From Chrysomallon squamiferum (taxonomy: Eukaryota; Animalia; Mollusca): 64,000 nt of DNA. Every line of letters starts with the position of its first letter. The stretch's first letter is position 1. The notes under the pieces are model-generated. The model was not told where the DNA came from, did no database searches, and worked only from the letters and a program-made list of their open reading frames with translations. Location: the NCBI GenBank assembly GCA_012295275.1, contig CM022678.1, positions 14,198,001 to 14,262,000 on the forward strand. Reading direction: 5' to 3'. A program made the position numbers and the translations under genes. Below, piece after piece: positions 1 to 13,309 of this stretch.

Positions 1-277
1 CACCCATGAAAACCAGACAAACAAAAAAATGCCTTTCATGCAAGTTATTAAATAACAAATATGAGACTAAAACAGCTACAGCTTCAAAGGTCTACACACA
101 TTGCAATCCGAGATGTGAGAGCACAGCAAAAGAAAAATAATATTTAATTTTGAATTCTAGTAGATTTTATGTACAGTTAGAAAGGTCAATTTGTCGAATA
201 TTTCAAATATCATTTTTAATAAAATATTGTGTATACATGTGTGCTTGCGTTTTAATTTTAAAATGTGCTAGAAAGAT

Positions 278-1460
278 CTGGCGCTGTTGAAAATGATTAT
301 ATTTCTATAATCTATGTTGATTATATTTTTAATAGCTTGTAGGATGCATGTTTTATTGGATGTTGTGACTTTTACTAAATATAATATGTATTCGTTCTGA
401 AATAAACGAATTAATATTGTTTTGCCGATTACTAGCATTTGATGTTAACTATAATCCTCTGCAATACATAAACTCGTATAATCCTTGGAGTCGACTCCAG
501 AAAGGTGTTGCCGGTCTTTATTAGGAGCAATACAATGTGTATGTAATCATGACAATTAAAGACACAGGTATTGTAACTGTCATTTGAAGCAGACAAAAGA
601 ATTTTCTTGGCTTTGTGTTCGTACTTCCTGTGCTTTGACAGCAAACAAAAGATACCTATCAATGTATCATGTGACCATCGCTGATGTTTTCTCTGATGGA
701 GCAAATCAGCACTTGATGCAAAAATAGCCTAAGTTTGATCAATTTATGGTTTTATGATTAAAAAAATAGTGATAACATTCTATCACTACCTCTGGTACAT
801 AAATTCATGTTGTTTATATTTTAATAACCTGTTGGCTGTATCATTGTATGTTTTTCTTCAATGTTCCTATTTTTAGCTTATTCATTGTAGCACGTGCGTT
901 GCGAGATCGCCGTGCATTGTTTCCTACCTAGTCAAGTCACCGAAGACTTTATGTGCAACTACAAATAACTGGTGCTATTTTAAATGATTATATTTCTATA
1001 ATCTGTGTTGATTATATTTTTAATAACTTGTATAATGCATGTTTTATTATATGTTATGACTTTTACTGAATATAATTATAATATGAATACGTTCTGAAAT
1101 AAACAAATTAATGTTTATCTATAATCCTCTGCAATACATAAACTCGTATAATAAATTGGAGTCTACTCCAGAAAGGTATTGCCGGTCTTAATTAGGAGCA
1201 ATACATTGTGTATGTAATCATGACACTAAAGACAGGTATGATAAGTGTCATTTGAAGCAGACAATAGAATTTTCATGGCTTTGTGTTTGTACTTCCTGTG
1301 ATTTGACAGCAAACAAAAGATACCTATCAATGTATCATGTGACCATTGTTAATGTTTTCTCTGATGGAGCAAATCAAAATTTGAAGCAAAAATAGCCTAA
1401 GTTTTAAAACTGAACACTTTATGATTTATCAGTTTATGGTTTTACGATTAAAAAAAAAAA
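278..1460. repeat. Local direct duplication of a ~490 bp segment (copies ~278-768 and ~969-1460)
   Basis: Both copies share long near-identical runs, e.g. aaatgattatatttctataatct, ataatcctctgcaatacataaactcgtataat and gacagcaaacaaaagatacctatcaatgtatcatgtgacca. It lies in the presumed ADRM1 intron. Confidence 0.85.
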
Positions 1461-2866
1461 GTTGTACGTTTCGTATTTAATATTCTATCTGGTACTTAGA
1501 TTCACAGAATACATTCATTGTACTGTTTTGTAGTACAGTTTGTTATGTTTATGATTTTTAATTCGCCATTTATCGCAAGAATTTTTAAAGCAAAACACGA
1601 AGTTAGTTTATTTCTGATCGTATTCATATTATAATGTATATACTTTAGAAATCCGAACACTGGAGAAAACTATGCATCCCAAAAGTTACTAAAAATATAA
1701 ACATAGCTTCTATCATTTTAAATAGCAGAGGTTCTTTTATATGTTTGTTACTCTTTTTTTTTTATTTCTTTCTTTTTTTTTTTTTTTTTTTTTTTAAATT
1801 TATTTTTAGGCAAGCAATATACATTTGTGGACATAACTTTTGTTATAAATTTACACGCCATTGGTATTAATAGCGACGACATGTACGATGTTAGAAATAT
1901 CGAACTTTGACCTTCCTGGGTAAAAAAATAGCCTTGCTAAAAAAAATAGTCGGTGTTGAGCAAAGGCGACACCGCCTTCAGATGAGCGCTTCGTAGAGCG
2001 ACACCGCTTTAGCTTTAGGGATGTTCACAAAGTTCGCTTACCCCCACCACGTTTAACACTCTCTCATACAAACTACTGATTTAACACATAACAAAAACAA
2101 CATCACCATTTAAAAGAGCGCATATTAATCTGTATTTGAGTGTAATTGTTTTTTTTCATGTTAAATTTTACAGAAGGGATTTGGGAGGGAGGGGGAAATG
2201 GACAAAATCGGCACTTTTACCACTTACGTTTGTTAGGCTGCTGGTATCTTAATTAATAACTTCTTTTTAATTTTTACAAATATAATCGATAGCAGAGATT
2301 GGCATTGGTCTTCTCTGAAAATTTCATCAAGAAAGCTTGATTATTAACAAAGATAGATGGGAAAATGTTAAAATATTACTATTTTTGGTCACAGACCTCT
2401 AATGACTTATATAGCGTTTAATCGGACGAAAAAAATTGCTTTTCCGGGGGTTTAAAATTGCTGCTACTTCCTTAATTTTTTACATATTCACTTGATCTTG
2501 GTATCATTTTAAAATGGTTTACAAGCTCTACCCAACTGTCTTATTTATTTTCAGATTAGTGGGGTTTGAAAAATTTATCCACATACCTAATTACTCATGC
2601 TCACAATCAATAAATCATAACAATGAAAAGTAATCTATTATAATCATTATTTACTGCTGTCACTGGGTATCTGGCCACCACGGTAGGTATGCAATTAAGC
2701 TGTTTATTTATTTCATATATAAGGTGATGAGAACTTTCATTTTTTTAAAAATTAAATTGAAATGAAATGGATGATGAAGCAAATATTAAAATGAACTGAT
2801 ACACTGTTGTATTACATTTAGTAACTACTGAAAGCGTAACAGAAACACAAATTCATTTATTCTTAC

Positions 2867-3061
2867 GTCATCAACGCTGCCGCTCGTGCGATCCTTCCAG
2901 CAAAAATGCATCAGGGAATCATCTGATTGATAAACATAAACCAACCCTTTTCTTTTGTCAGGATGAACCATATTTCCTTTCATATGCATTTTACCAGCTC
3001 TAAATTCAACTAAATTTTTACTTTGTGAACGGTTACTGGAGGATCCGAACAAAGCAGCCAT
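2867..3061 (-). CDS. ADRM1: Proteasomal ubiquitin receptor ADRM1/Rpn13, first coding exon (65 codons); later exons not seen in the window
   Basis: [58 protein letters not shown] matches the start of the Pru domain. A phase-0 GTAAGA donor follows at 2866. Confidence 0.95.
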
Positions 3062-3842
3062 CGTAATTGTTGGTAGTTAAACTTCCTCCTTTTTCCAGGG
3101 TCCCAATCGCAAGAGTCTCGTAAAATCAACTCCGCCGCAACTGAAAAAGATCCATCCTGATAATTATACCAAATCCAAAGATTTTATAATTTTATAAGTA
3201 CAAGCCATTTTCATCTTTTTAATTTAAATTACAAATTACATTATTTAACGTCACAACCTACTTATTAAATATTACGTAAGAAGAAAATTAAGGATAATTA
3301 TTTCTGATAATTAAGCTTGGGTACAAAAAGCAAGTGGTGTGACGTTTTTAGTTAGCTTTGACAACAACGATGGAGGGCTAAAAAAGGGGGAAAATGTTAC
3401 TGATGATTTGGAGTTGGAAGCAAAAGAAATTTTTTATCTGAGAAATATCTTAATAAAGCTATTTTAATCTTTCTGTAAAGTATAACTGATTAAAAAGAAA
3501 ATACATTTTTATGAATGTTTAAAATTTTTGCTCTGTAGACTTTCATAATACTTTACTTTTCATTTTATAGTAGATATGTTTGAATGTTTTTACGAATTTT
3601 TATTGTTCTTATTGTTGTTCTCCTTCTTCTTCTTCTTCTTCTTCTTCTTCTTTTATTATTATTAGTAGTAGTAGTTGCTGTAGAAGTACTAATGACAGTA
3701 TATTTCACAGAACACATATTATTTGTCTTCACTGCAATTTATTAAGGCGAGATTTAGAAAAACGAAAAAAGCCTTGTTTGGTATCCCCGCCCGATTACTT
3801 TAATCTTTTACACTTACTTTTTAGTTCTTAAATGCAAAGGTA

Positions 3843-3878
<36 letters not shown>

Positions 3879-5302
3879 TTAAAAAATACTATAATTATAC
3901 TAATATATTTTTATCTCTCTCAACAGCCTAATTAGGCTGGATGTTAATATAATTTGTTATTGTCAGGTGACATTTTAATAAACTATATAATTTATAATGA
4001 CTGCACAATCACTGAGAACTGAATTTTAGAAAATATTAAAAGTAACTCAATAGTTATTAATGATCTTGTGTAATTCATTTTTAATTTTACCGATGCTGTC
4101 ATGACACATTATCAGGATGTGTATAATGTATAAATTTCATTTGAGCGATCGCTAAATTTCACGTGCACCGTATTTACCTTTTTACCGGCTGCCCTGAAGA
4201 TCATGGCGGCAGTGAAGTAATTGTATTTCTTTTTATCTCAATCTTACTACAACGCAACTCGTGTCGTCACAGATCATACGTTTTTACTGCTATATCGATT
4301 TAAGCAGATGTACTTTATTTTGTTGTAAAACAGCATCGTAACTTTATGAATTTGTACCTTTTTATCTGACATTCCAAAAGACGTGTATATATGCATATGT
4401 ATATGCGCATATATGTGTTTGTATGTGTGTGTCCGTGTATGTAATGTATGTGTGTATGTGTTTATATATATATATATATTATGTGTGTGTGAATGTGTAT
4501 GAGTTTGTGTGTGTGCGTGTATGTGTGTGTGAATGTGTGTGTTGCATCTTTCTGTCTTTCACTATAATATGGTAATGGAACTGAAAATTATGGCAATGCG
4601 CTCAGAACACACAAACACACAGGCACGTAAACAAGGGCTGTTTAGATGCTGACGAAAAATATGATGGAAAGACTTAAAAAGTTACCTTTATTTCATTTAT
4701 ATTTATTTATTTATTTATTTATTTATTTATTATTTGTTGTTACTGTTGTGTTGTTGTTATGATTAAGATTATTATTATTTTTAATGCAGTTGCGAAGAAT
4801 AAATGAATGATTTAGTTCACTTTCAAAGTATAACGATGTATTGGCTCCGTAACAGCTATATTTTGACAACGTTTAGTAAATACTTAATTCAGTTAGTCTT
4901 CCTTTACTAAGAGCACACTTCATTAAAAAGAAAAAAAAAAAAAAAAGTTTTGAAAATATCTCTTGCAATATTTTATTTATTTATTTATTATCATTATTAC
5001 TATTATCCAAAATTTTATTTTTGACATCTTTTTAGATTATTTTATTTATTTATTTATTATCATTATTATTATTATTATTAAAAACAAATACAAAATTTGA
5101 AATTCCTTAATATCTAATTCTGAACCAATACATACAGGATATCTAACGTATTTTCATAAAAAGAAAAGAAAGAACAAAAATAAATAGGAGGGAGGATCCA
5201 TTATTTTATACCACAGCCTTTTATAACAAAATAACCTAACAGTTTTATATTTAGAATAAACTAGTACTAATTTCTAGATACATATGTATAAACGTAAACA
5301 GA

Positions 5303-5334
5303 TGATACGTCATATAATGAATTAGACGTCATCA
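5303..5334. promoter_or_regulatory. Two CRE/ATF-like sites (ACGTCA) upstream of the ABHD gene
   Basis: gatacgtcat and gacgtcat lie ~120-145 bp upstream of the ATG at 5451. Motif match only. Confidence 0.3.
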
Positions 5335-5450
5335 CACATAGCGGAAATACAGATTCGTTGATTTTAGATTGCCACATGCTCTTCGGTTTCAGAGAATTGA
5401 TTACAAAACTTACATCTGTGTCTCCATGTCCAATCCAGAGGGCCAAGAAA

Positions 5451-8400
5451 ATGTCATTTATGTTTCGAGCTTTCGAGTTTTGCAGGGCTTCGCCGTCCCT
5501 ACCAATTGCAGGCGCAATAGGAGGGATATATCTGACATATTATTTTTTAAACGTTGTCAAGGTAACATTTTTAATTATTCTAATGTAACAATTAGACAGC
5601 ACTGGAAAAAAAGAAAAAAGAAAAAAAAAAGTGGTATATTTCTATATTATGTATATACCCTAATTTATTAAGCCATTCAAACTTATTATTATATTCAGAT
5701 TCAGTGTTTTAGCAAATAATTAAAGTATTGTAATAAGTAAATGAACAAAGAAGAATCAAGAAATTGACAATTATTTGTCACTGGGAATAAAAATATATAA
5801 TTTTGAAATGTGATTATAATAATGCATTAAGAATAAAAAAATTAAAATTTGAAATATGATTATAATAATACACTATATAATATATACTATATAATATAAA
5901 CGATGAATAGTCATTATAATGAAAATTACACCATAAAGATTATTATGACAGTTTCCACTGTGAATTGCATTCAGGAAACTGCAATGCAGTGTTAATATTT
6001 TGAGATTAAACTTTACCATTTTGGCTCTATCAAAGTGAACTAAAAAAATTTTTTTTTTTTAATATATATATATATATATATATATGACTTTTTAATGTCA
6101 CCAGTGCAGATATTGAGATAATGATAATTTTGTTATCTTGTTGTTGTATCATTTTCCTCTAGCAAATAGTTATGAAGGTGTAAATTACTGTGTTTTCTAA
6201 TATTTAAAGATGATATTAATTCAACTTGACACAGCTGTTGTGAACATGATGTAACAAACATTTAGGTTTGTAACCATTTTTTAGTTAAACTACTCGACAT
6301 ACATTGCCAATTGTAATAATAATGGCAATGCAGTTTTCATTGTGATTATATTATTATAATATCAACCAAATTTTTAATGTTTTTCTTCATAACAAATAAT
6401 CACAAATGTTTTATTTTTCTTCTTTTTATCTATTTAATGTAACACTTTAATTAAATAATTAATTAAGTTCTAATAAAATTTATATTTTTGTGAAATAAAT
6501 TTAGTTAATGTGTTAATTGCTGTCAGGATTAATTAATGGTTACTGCTTAGAAAGAAATTCATTTTATATTAATCAAAATTTTAGATTTTGTAAGTAAAAT
6601 TTGAAACAGGATAAGGATTTTTCTTATATCTTTTTATCATTTCAGAAGCCACTGGTAGCATGCAGTGATGAACGATTTAAGGATTTATTAAATAAACATT
6701 GTCCAATAGTTAAAGAAAAGTTCTGGCCAACATTTTGGTGTTTTGAGTCAAGATTACAGACAATATTTAGAGCTCTGCTTCAAGTACCACCTGAACTCAG
6801 TGAATATAGAAGGTGTGTGTGTGTGTTTGTGTGTGTTTGTGTGTGTGCAAGCATGTGTAGGAAAAAGAGAAAAAAAAAATCTCTTTTGTTGTTGAGTAAA
6901 AATACAAATTCATTAAAGAAATTAAAGAAATTATAGTGTGTGTGTATATACATTTGCCTGACAAACGAGTTTCAAATGAATATGACATTGGTTGTGATGT
7001 CAGGACCTTGAGTGCTAATTGATGTCTTTTGTTAATTAGCTTGCATCATTTATGTTAATTTAATAACATAATATGATTGCTTAGATGATTTTATATTATG
7101 CCATGTGAAAAGGATAATGTTTCTGTTTTTGTTTTATCCTTTGACTATGAATTTACTGGTAACAGTATAAACATATTTATGTTTTTAATCCCCTCTCCAA
7201 ATTGAAAATCCAAGAATGTATATAGTTTTATTTATTACTCAAATAAATTGTTTACTCATTAAAATTATTTTTTTATTATTTGAAATATGTAGTTATACTA
7301 GATGAAGGTCCAAGTAGATTAAGCCATAAATAAATTGTGAAAAATTAATACAGAATTTTGTTTTTAAATAAACAAAACAAAGCACAACTGACATCTGTTA
7401 CTAATATTATTACAATATTTATTTTTATATTTGTCCAGTGAACTGATAAAAACATGGGATGATGGTCAGATAAAACTGGACTGGCTAGACAATGTGACCA
7501 GTCCACACCCTGAAGATATCCGCCCCACTGTGTTAATACTGCCAGGCTTGACAGGTTACATCTTCTAAATTTAAACTCAGACAGTTTTTTCATTAACATA
7601 TTATAAATTATAACATAAACACAGCTAACTGAATTGTGACATACACTCACACACACAAATATTTATTTAACATGCACTTATGTGGAGATTTTTTGCAGGT
7701 AGCAGTAAAGATGCATATATCAAGCACATGGTCCATGATGCCGAGTCACTTGGATACAGGTAAAATCTTATTCTGTGACAAATGTGAAATCTTACTTAGA
7801 AATATTATTTTTCATTAACTTATTCAGTTTCAACAAAGTGACATGAAGTTTATCTTCACTCTTTAGAAAGGAATATATAAATGAAATGAACTGAAATAAA
7901 TATATTTATATTTACAGGTCAGTAGTTTTCAACAATAGGGGAAATGGTGGATCTGAACTTTTGGTAAGTAAATATAGTTTACATACATATGTCACTTCAT
8001 GCATAAAAAAAGAATGAGACAAAATGAGACATAAGGCAAGTACCAAAGTTGAATTTTAGCTATGTGGAGTATACAACCCTAAAATTAAAATACAAATCTT
8101 AGCCACAAATTAAAAATCATATTTTTGAGAGACAAAACAATCATATCAGAGTGAAAGTTATTTTATAAGGATGGTGATTATGTAGATGTGAGACACTAAA
8201 TAACTGTTGCTGTGTTTGTTATATTTTTAGACACCGAGAACGTACTGTGCTGCAAATACAGAAGATTTGGCTTTTGTTGTAGATCACATCAAATCTAAAT
8301 ATCCACGTGCACCTCTGCTTGGAGTCGGCATCTCACTGGGAGGGTACAGTCACGTTTGTATAAAGCATAACTGTAACAACAACATTAATACCATCACAAC

Positions 8401-9549
8401 AACAGCATACCAGTAATAATATATAATAATATCAATAATATTAATAACTATTTTAATATTTTCAATACTAGTAGCAGTTATAATTATTACTAGTAATAAT
8501 AATAGTAGTAGTAGTAGAAATAATAGTGACAGTCATAACAGTGGTTTTATAGACAAGAACAAATACAAAACCTGGTACAGTTTTAACAGAACAACAAACC
8601 AAATAATTACTTTATAAATTAATTAATTCAGCAAATTATTAGTATCACAAACTACCATTGCCACTGAAAGAGAGTACTGTGTTTAAAAATATAATATTCC
8701 AGACCTAACTAATTTGTGTCAAATGAACAAATGTTTCTATGACTTGATGTATGTGTTATATTGATAGTCCCAGTGAAGTTTGCAATTAGTTATTAAGTTG
8801 TCTATGCATCACTCCACGCGATGAACTTTTCTGATAATTATCTCCCTTGCACTGTTCATGTGTTTGTTGATGGCACACAGTTTCTTGTTTGGCACTGATG
8901 CAGGAAAAATCAGCTCTGTATCATGCAGTATATGATGAACTAAGCAGTGTTTTGTGTTAGCAGTGAACAGTAGTTAAATTAAGTAAGCTGTGCATTTGTC
9001 ACAGTGGGCATGTTGTTTTTCTCGGATGTTTTGTTTTACATTAGAAATTATGAATTTGTAAGTTTCAAAATTATAATTTCTTGGTGGTTGAGTCACATTG
9101 TTTCTGAATGTAATTCTTTGTTATTAAATAAATATATTTATAATTCACTTCTTTTAAATTGAATTAACATCTTACAGAAAAATACATCATACACACACAC
9201 ACACACAAAAAAAAAAAAAAAACCATATGCATACACATGCCATAACACCACGATTGCTATAGTACAGTTTGTAGACAGATTTATAATTGAACTGAAGGAT
9301 GATCCTGTTTAACTACCTGTCTCTGATGGGTCGTGACAGCAAACTGGTGGCAGCGATGTGTATTTCTGTTGCATGGAACGTCTTTGAGTCAACAGCATCG
9401 CTGGAACGTCCTCTGAACTATTTCCTCTTCAACAAGATGCTTGCAAAACTTCTCACCAGAACTGTGGAGAGGTTGGTTTTAACTACTGTATGTCTGTCTT
9501 GTCTGTGTCTGTATATACGAATGTTGGGTTTTGGAGGGGAATGTCTTTC

Positions 9550-9583
<34 letters not shown>

Positions 9584-11129
9584 ATTCTTAGGACTGGATT
9601 GTATTTAAAATAATATAACACATACACAAGCTCTTACTCAATGCACTAAATATCACAGATTATGTTATTATTATTACTTTGCTTCTTCTATTTCTTTTTT
9701 CTTTCTTTCTTTTTTTGGACAGAAATCTTCATCTGTTTGAAAACCATTATGATATGGATCATGTTCTTAAGGTAATTAATAATTAAAGAAAGAACAAATG
9801 AATATGAATGATAATTTTTTTTTATGTGATTCCTGAAATTGCCTTGTATCTGTTAAGCAGATTTTTGTTTCTCTTTTTTGTTTGTACATCTTAATCTTCT
9901 ACTTGGAAACATTATCACATATTTGGCTAGATTGGAAAACAACCCCAAACAAACAAATGTTTACTGTGACACAGAGGTTGGGAATTCTGTTACAAATAAG
10001 TTTATCAAAAATAGAAATTGAGGTTAAATGTTCACCGTAATAAAGTGAAAGATGAAGATTAGTCGAGACATTTTTTTTTTTTTTAAACTTAGTTGTGAAA
10101 GTGAACACTGTAGTTAAAAAAGTCACTTTCTGAAACCATTTTGTTGGCGTAATATTGTATTTGAATCTTTATGTATGTTTTATTTTCTTTCCTAAACATG
10201 ATTACCTACTAATATCTAATTACAAACACACATAACATAAACAGAAAACATAACAAAAATGCCAGCCTTCAAAAATACAAACAGAGACATACACAACTAA
10301 ACCTAAATATACAGAACAACAAACTAAACACTAAATTTCATGCACATTGTTTGTACACAGAGTACAACAATTCGAGAGTTTGATGACCGGTTCACACACA
10401 AAGTGTTTGGCTACTCCTCACTGGACCACTACTACACTGAGGCATCACTTCACAACAAAGTACACATGTTGAAAATTCCAGTCCTTTGTCTTAGTGCCGC
10501 TGATGACCCCTTTGCTCCATACCACAGTACGTTTTATATCAGTCTGTCTTGTAGTAAAGTGTAATTTCTAACTAGTAGTAGTGTGAAACAGTATTAAAGT
10601 GAAATATATAACCTATATTAATATGAAATATGTAACTAGTATTAATATTAAATATGTAACCAGTATTAATGTGAAATTTGTAACTAATATTAAATAGTAT
10701 TAAAGTGAAATATATCTAGTATTAATATGACAAATTGTAACTAGTGTTAATGTGAAATAAATTGTATTAATGCCAAATACATAACCAGTATTAATGTGAA
10801 TAACTAATAAAATGAATGGTATTTGTATCTGAAATAAAGTGAGAGAGATCATCGTTATTATAAAATGAATGATGTTTGTATTTATAATAATTTGATAGTG
10901 ATTTTATGAATAATATTTTTTTTTCTCTTTCTAGCAATCCCAATCAAAGATGCAGAAGAGTATCCAAACATTGCAATAATTGTCACCTCACATGGAGGTC
11001 ACATCGGCTTCATGGAGGGAATGATTCCTCGTCAAAAAAACTACATGTATCGCTGGGTTTACGCAGTACGTTGATGCCATTTTTAAATATGGAACCAGCC
11101 ATTTCCACGAAGAAGGAGAAACTCAGTGA
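5451..11129 (+). CDS. ABHD3: Alpha/beta-hydrolase ABHD1/ABHD3-like phospholipase, 10 coding exons
   Basis: Exons 5451-5561, 6646-6812, 7439-7554, 7699-7759, 7918-7963, 8231-8343, 9298-9471, 9723-9771, 10361-10526 and 10935-end, all GT-AG with consistent phases. Motifs: N-terminal [28 protein letters not shown], nucleophile GISLGG, Asp in AADDPF, His in GGHIGF. As assembled it stops at 11074; the homologous C-terminal frame ends at 11129 (see findings). Confidence 0.93.
10570..10810. repeat. Degenerate ~23-24 bp tandem repeat in the last ABHD intron
   Basis: Recurring aactagtattaatgtgaaatatgt-like units. Confidence 0.6.
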
Positions 11130-11630
11130 ATAAAAGTGTCAATTCATAGCAGTCATATAATTAGACTAGCAAAAGATGTGCAATATTTATACATTGTCTT
11201 AGTTAATTACAAGAACAAAGATTAATAAGTATGACGTCTGTGTGTCACAAATAGATTGATATTTATTGTGTGTCTACTAATACTTTTGTTTTTTACAGTC
11301 TGATAATACAGTGTTAACAAAGTTAATTTTTTTATCAACTTTTAACTTTTGTTCCGCATTGATACAGCAGGTCACAAATGAGATAGCTGTTTATTGTGTT
11401 ATGACAACAAGGAATTAGAAATCATATAATGTTACATTTTTTATTCAACAAAGAACAAGAAATTTATTTTATTTCATTTTTTTTTATCTTTTCAATACAG
11501 CCACATTGTTTCATTTTTAACATTTTTTGTCTGTTTATTTATATATGTTAATATATATATATATATTGTTAAACAAAATATAGTTTCAATTTACTGTTTT
11601 ATATTTACATCTGGTCCCTAACTTCATTAA

Positions 11631-11814
11631 CACCTTTGGTGATCTCTGTCATACTTTTAAAATTGCTGTGCATTAGTGACGTGACGTCCAGTGCAGACAC
11701 AGGCAATTACTGATCTACTACGGGCTTCCCCGGCATTCAGAAAATCATGTATGAGTACGAGCAGAAACTTGTTTCAATTTGCAAAAATCCCCAAAATGCC
11801 CAGCACCGAAGGTG
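11631..11814. mobile_element. piggyBac-like MITE (184 bp) downstream of the ABHD stop codon
   Basis: Terminal inverted repeats cacctttggtg ... caccgaaggtg, flanked by TTAA on both sides (11627-11630 and 11815-11818). Confidence 0.7.
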
Positions 11815-12802
11815 TTAATAAAAATAAAAGTAAATGTATCTTCATGTATATTGTTTACAGACCTCTAAAATATTTACTCAGGTTAAAATAAATCAACTAT
11901 AGGTCTTCTTTTTTCTTTTTCTTTTAAAAAGAAAATAAAAAAGTTTGATTAAATTGAGTATCACATTCTGAGGTGTGAAAATAATTTTAAAGTGAAAAAT
12001 GAGTAGATTAGTTGTTTTAATGAACTATGGATAAATGCTCAATTCTGAATCAATTAACATTTTATTTTTTTTAATATAACTATATTGGTGGTACAATAAT
12101 TAGCATGAAATACTAACTGAAAATTTCTGTTTTGATTAGTTATCTTTATAATTATTGTAAGGAATAATAAATATAAAAGATAATAATATATCAGCAATTT
12201 ATTTATTAATCATGTTTTCCATTATCTGCTTTAATTTAATTTTTAAATTTTTTTTTTATTATATAGAAAAGAGATGCTAAGTTTTTGATAGGTTTTTGTT
12301 TATAATTTACTTTGACTCTCATATTAAAATGTTGTTCACTGTACACTAAGTATATTACACTAAGTATAAACTGGCAGTATTTTAATATTTAATATAAATT
12401 TGTATGATGTTCTCTAGATTATTATAAATCCTGTTATGAGTGAATCAAACTGTATGTGTATAATATTTTTGTTTACAGTGTACTCAGTTAACTGTTATTA
12501 ATCTTGTTTGTGTGTGACATACACTCTATTCATATCTTGCCACAATCGGTACAATTTTTTGAAGTGTGTGTGTGTGTTTTAATACATTCCACTATTATTT
12601 ATTAATTTAATCCCACAAAACGCAACAATACTGTTAAAGAATACAATCATTATTGGCAATAGGTCAGCATTTGTAAGTCACAATTATTTAATTTCAGACT
12701 TTTAACATTTATGCTTCACATCATAGTGAAGGTATGTTTTTATGATCAATATATCAAAAGTAAACTAATTTTGTAATTTTGTAATTAAGAATATTTTGAC
12801 TG

Positions 12803-12836
<34 letters not shown>

Positions 12837-13309
12837 GTTTTACAAAAATTCTTACTGAAATTATTATGTACTTTTTTGTTATTTTCTAATCATTACATAT
12901 TTTAGTTACAATTGTTATTTTTGTTTTTTTAATGTTCATGACATTTATTATGTTTTTCTAATTTGTTAAAAATGTTTATAGCTAAATTATTATTAATACA
13001 AGTTTACTTCATTACAGATGTGTTGTTTTATCTTTAAAAATATACAATTCCTGACTGTTTATGTCCTTCTGCCAGTCTGTACATGTACATATCTCCTGAG
13101 AGATTTGTGTTATCAAAGACATGATCTTATCACAGATTCACAACTTCTGTCTGTGGTCAGTATAAGTTTAAAAATGTCAATATTAGTACTGATTATTACT
13201 GCAACTCTGTCTACTACCACAACTACATACTACCACTGCTACTATGTCTGCTACTACAAACATACTATATACTACCACTTCTACTTTCACTACCACAAAC
13301 ACCACTAAA

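Noticed and set aside
432-704. 90-aa minus-strand ORF
   Set aside because: It has no similarity to the expected ADRM1 exon 2, has no ATG start, and lies in a duplicated intronic segment.
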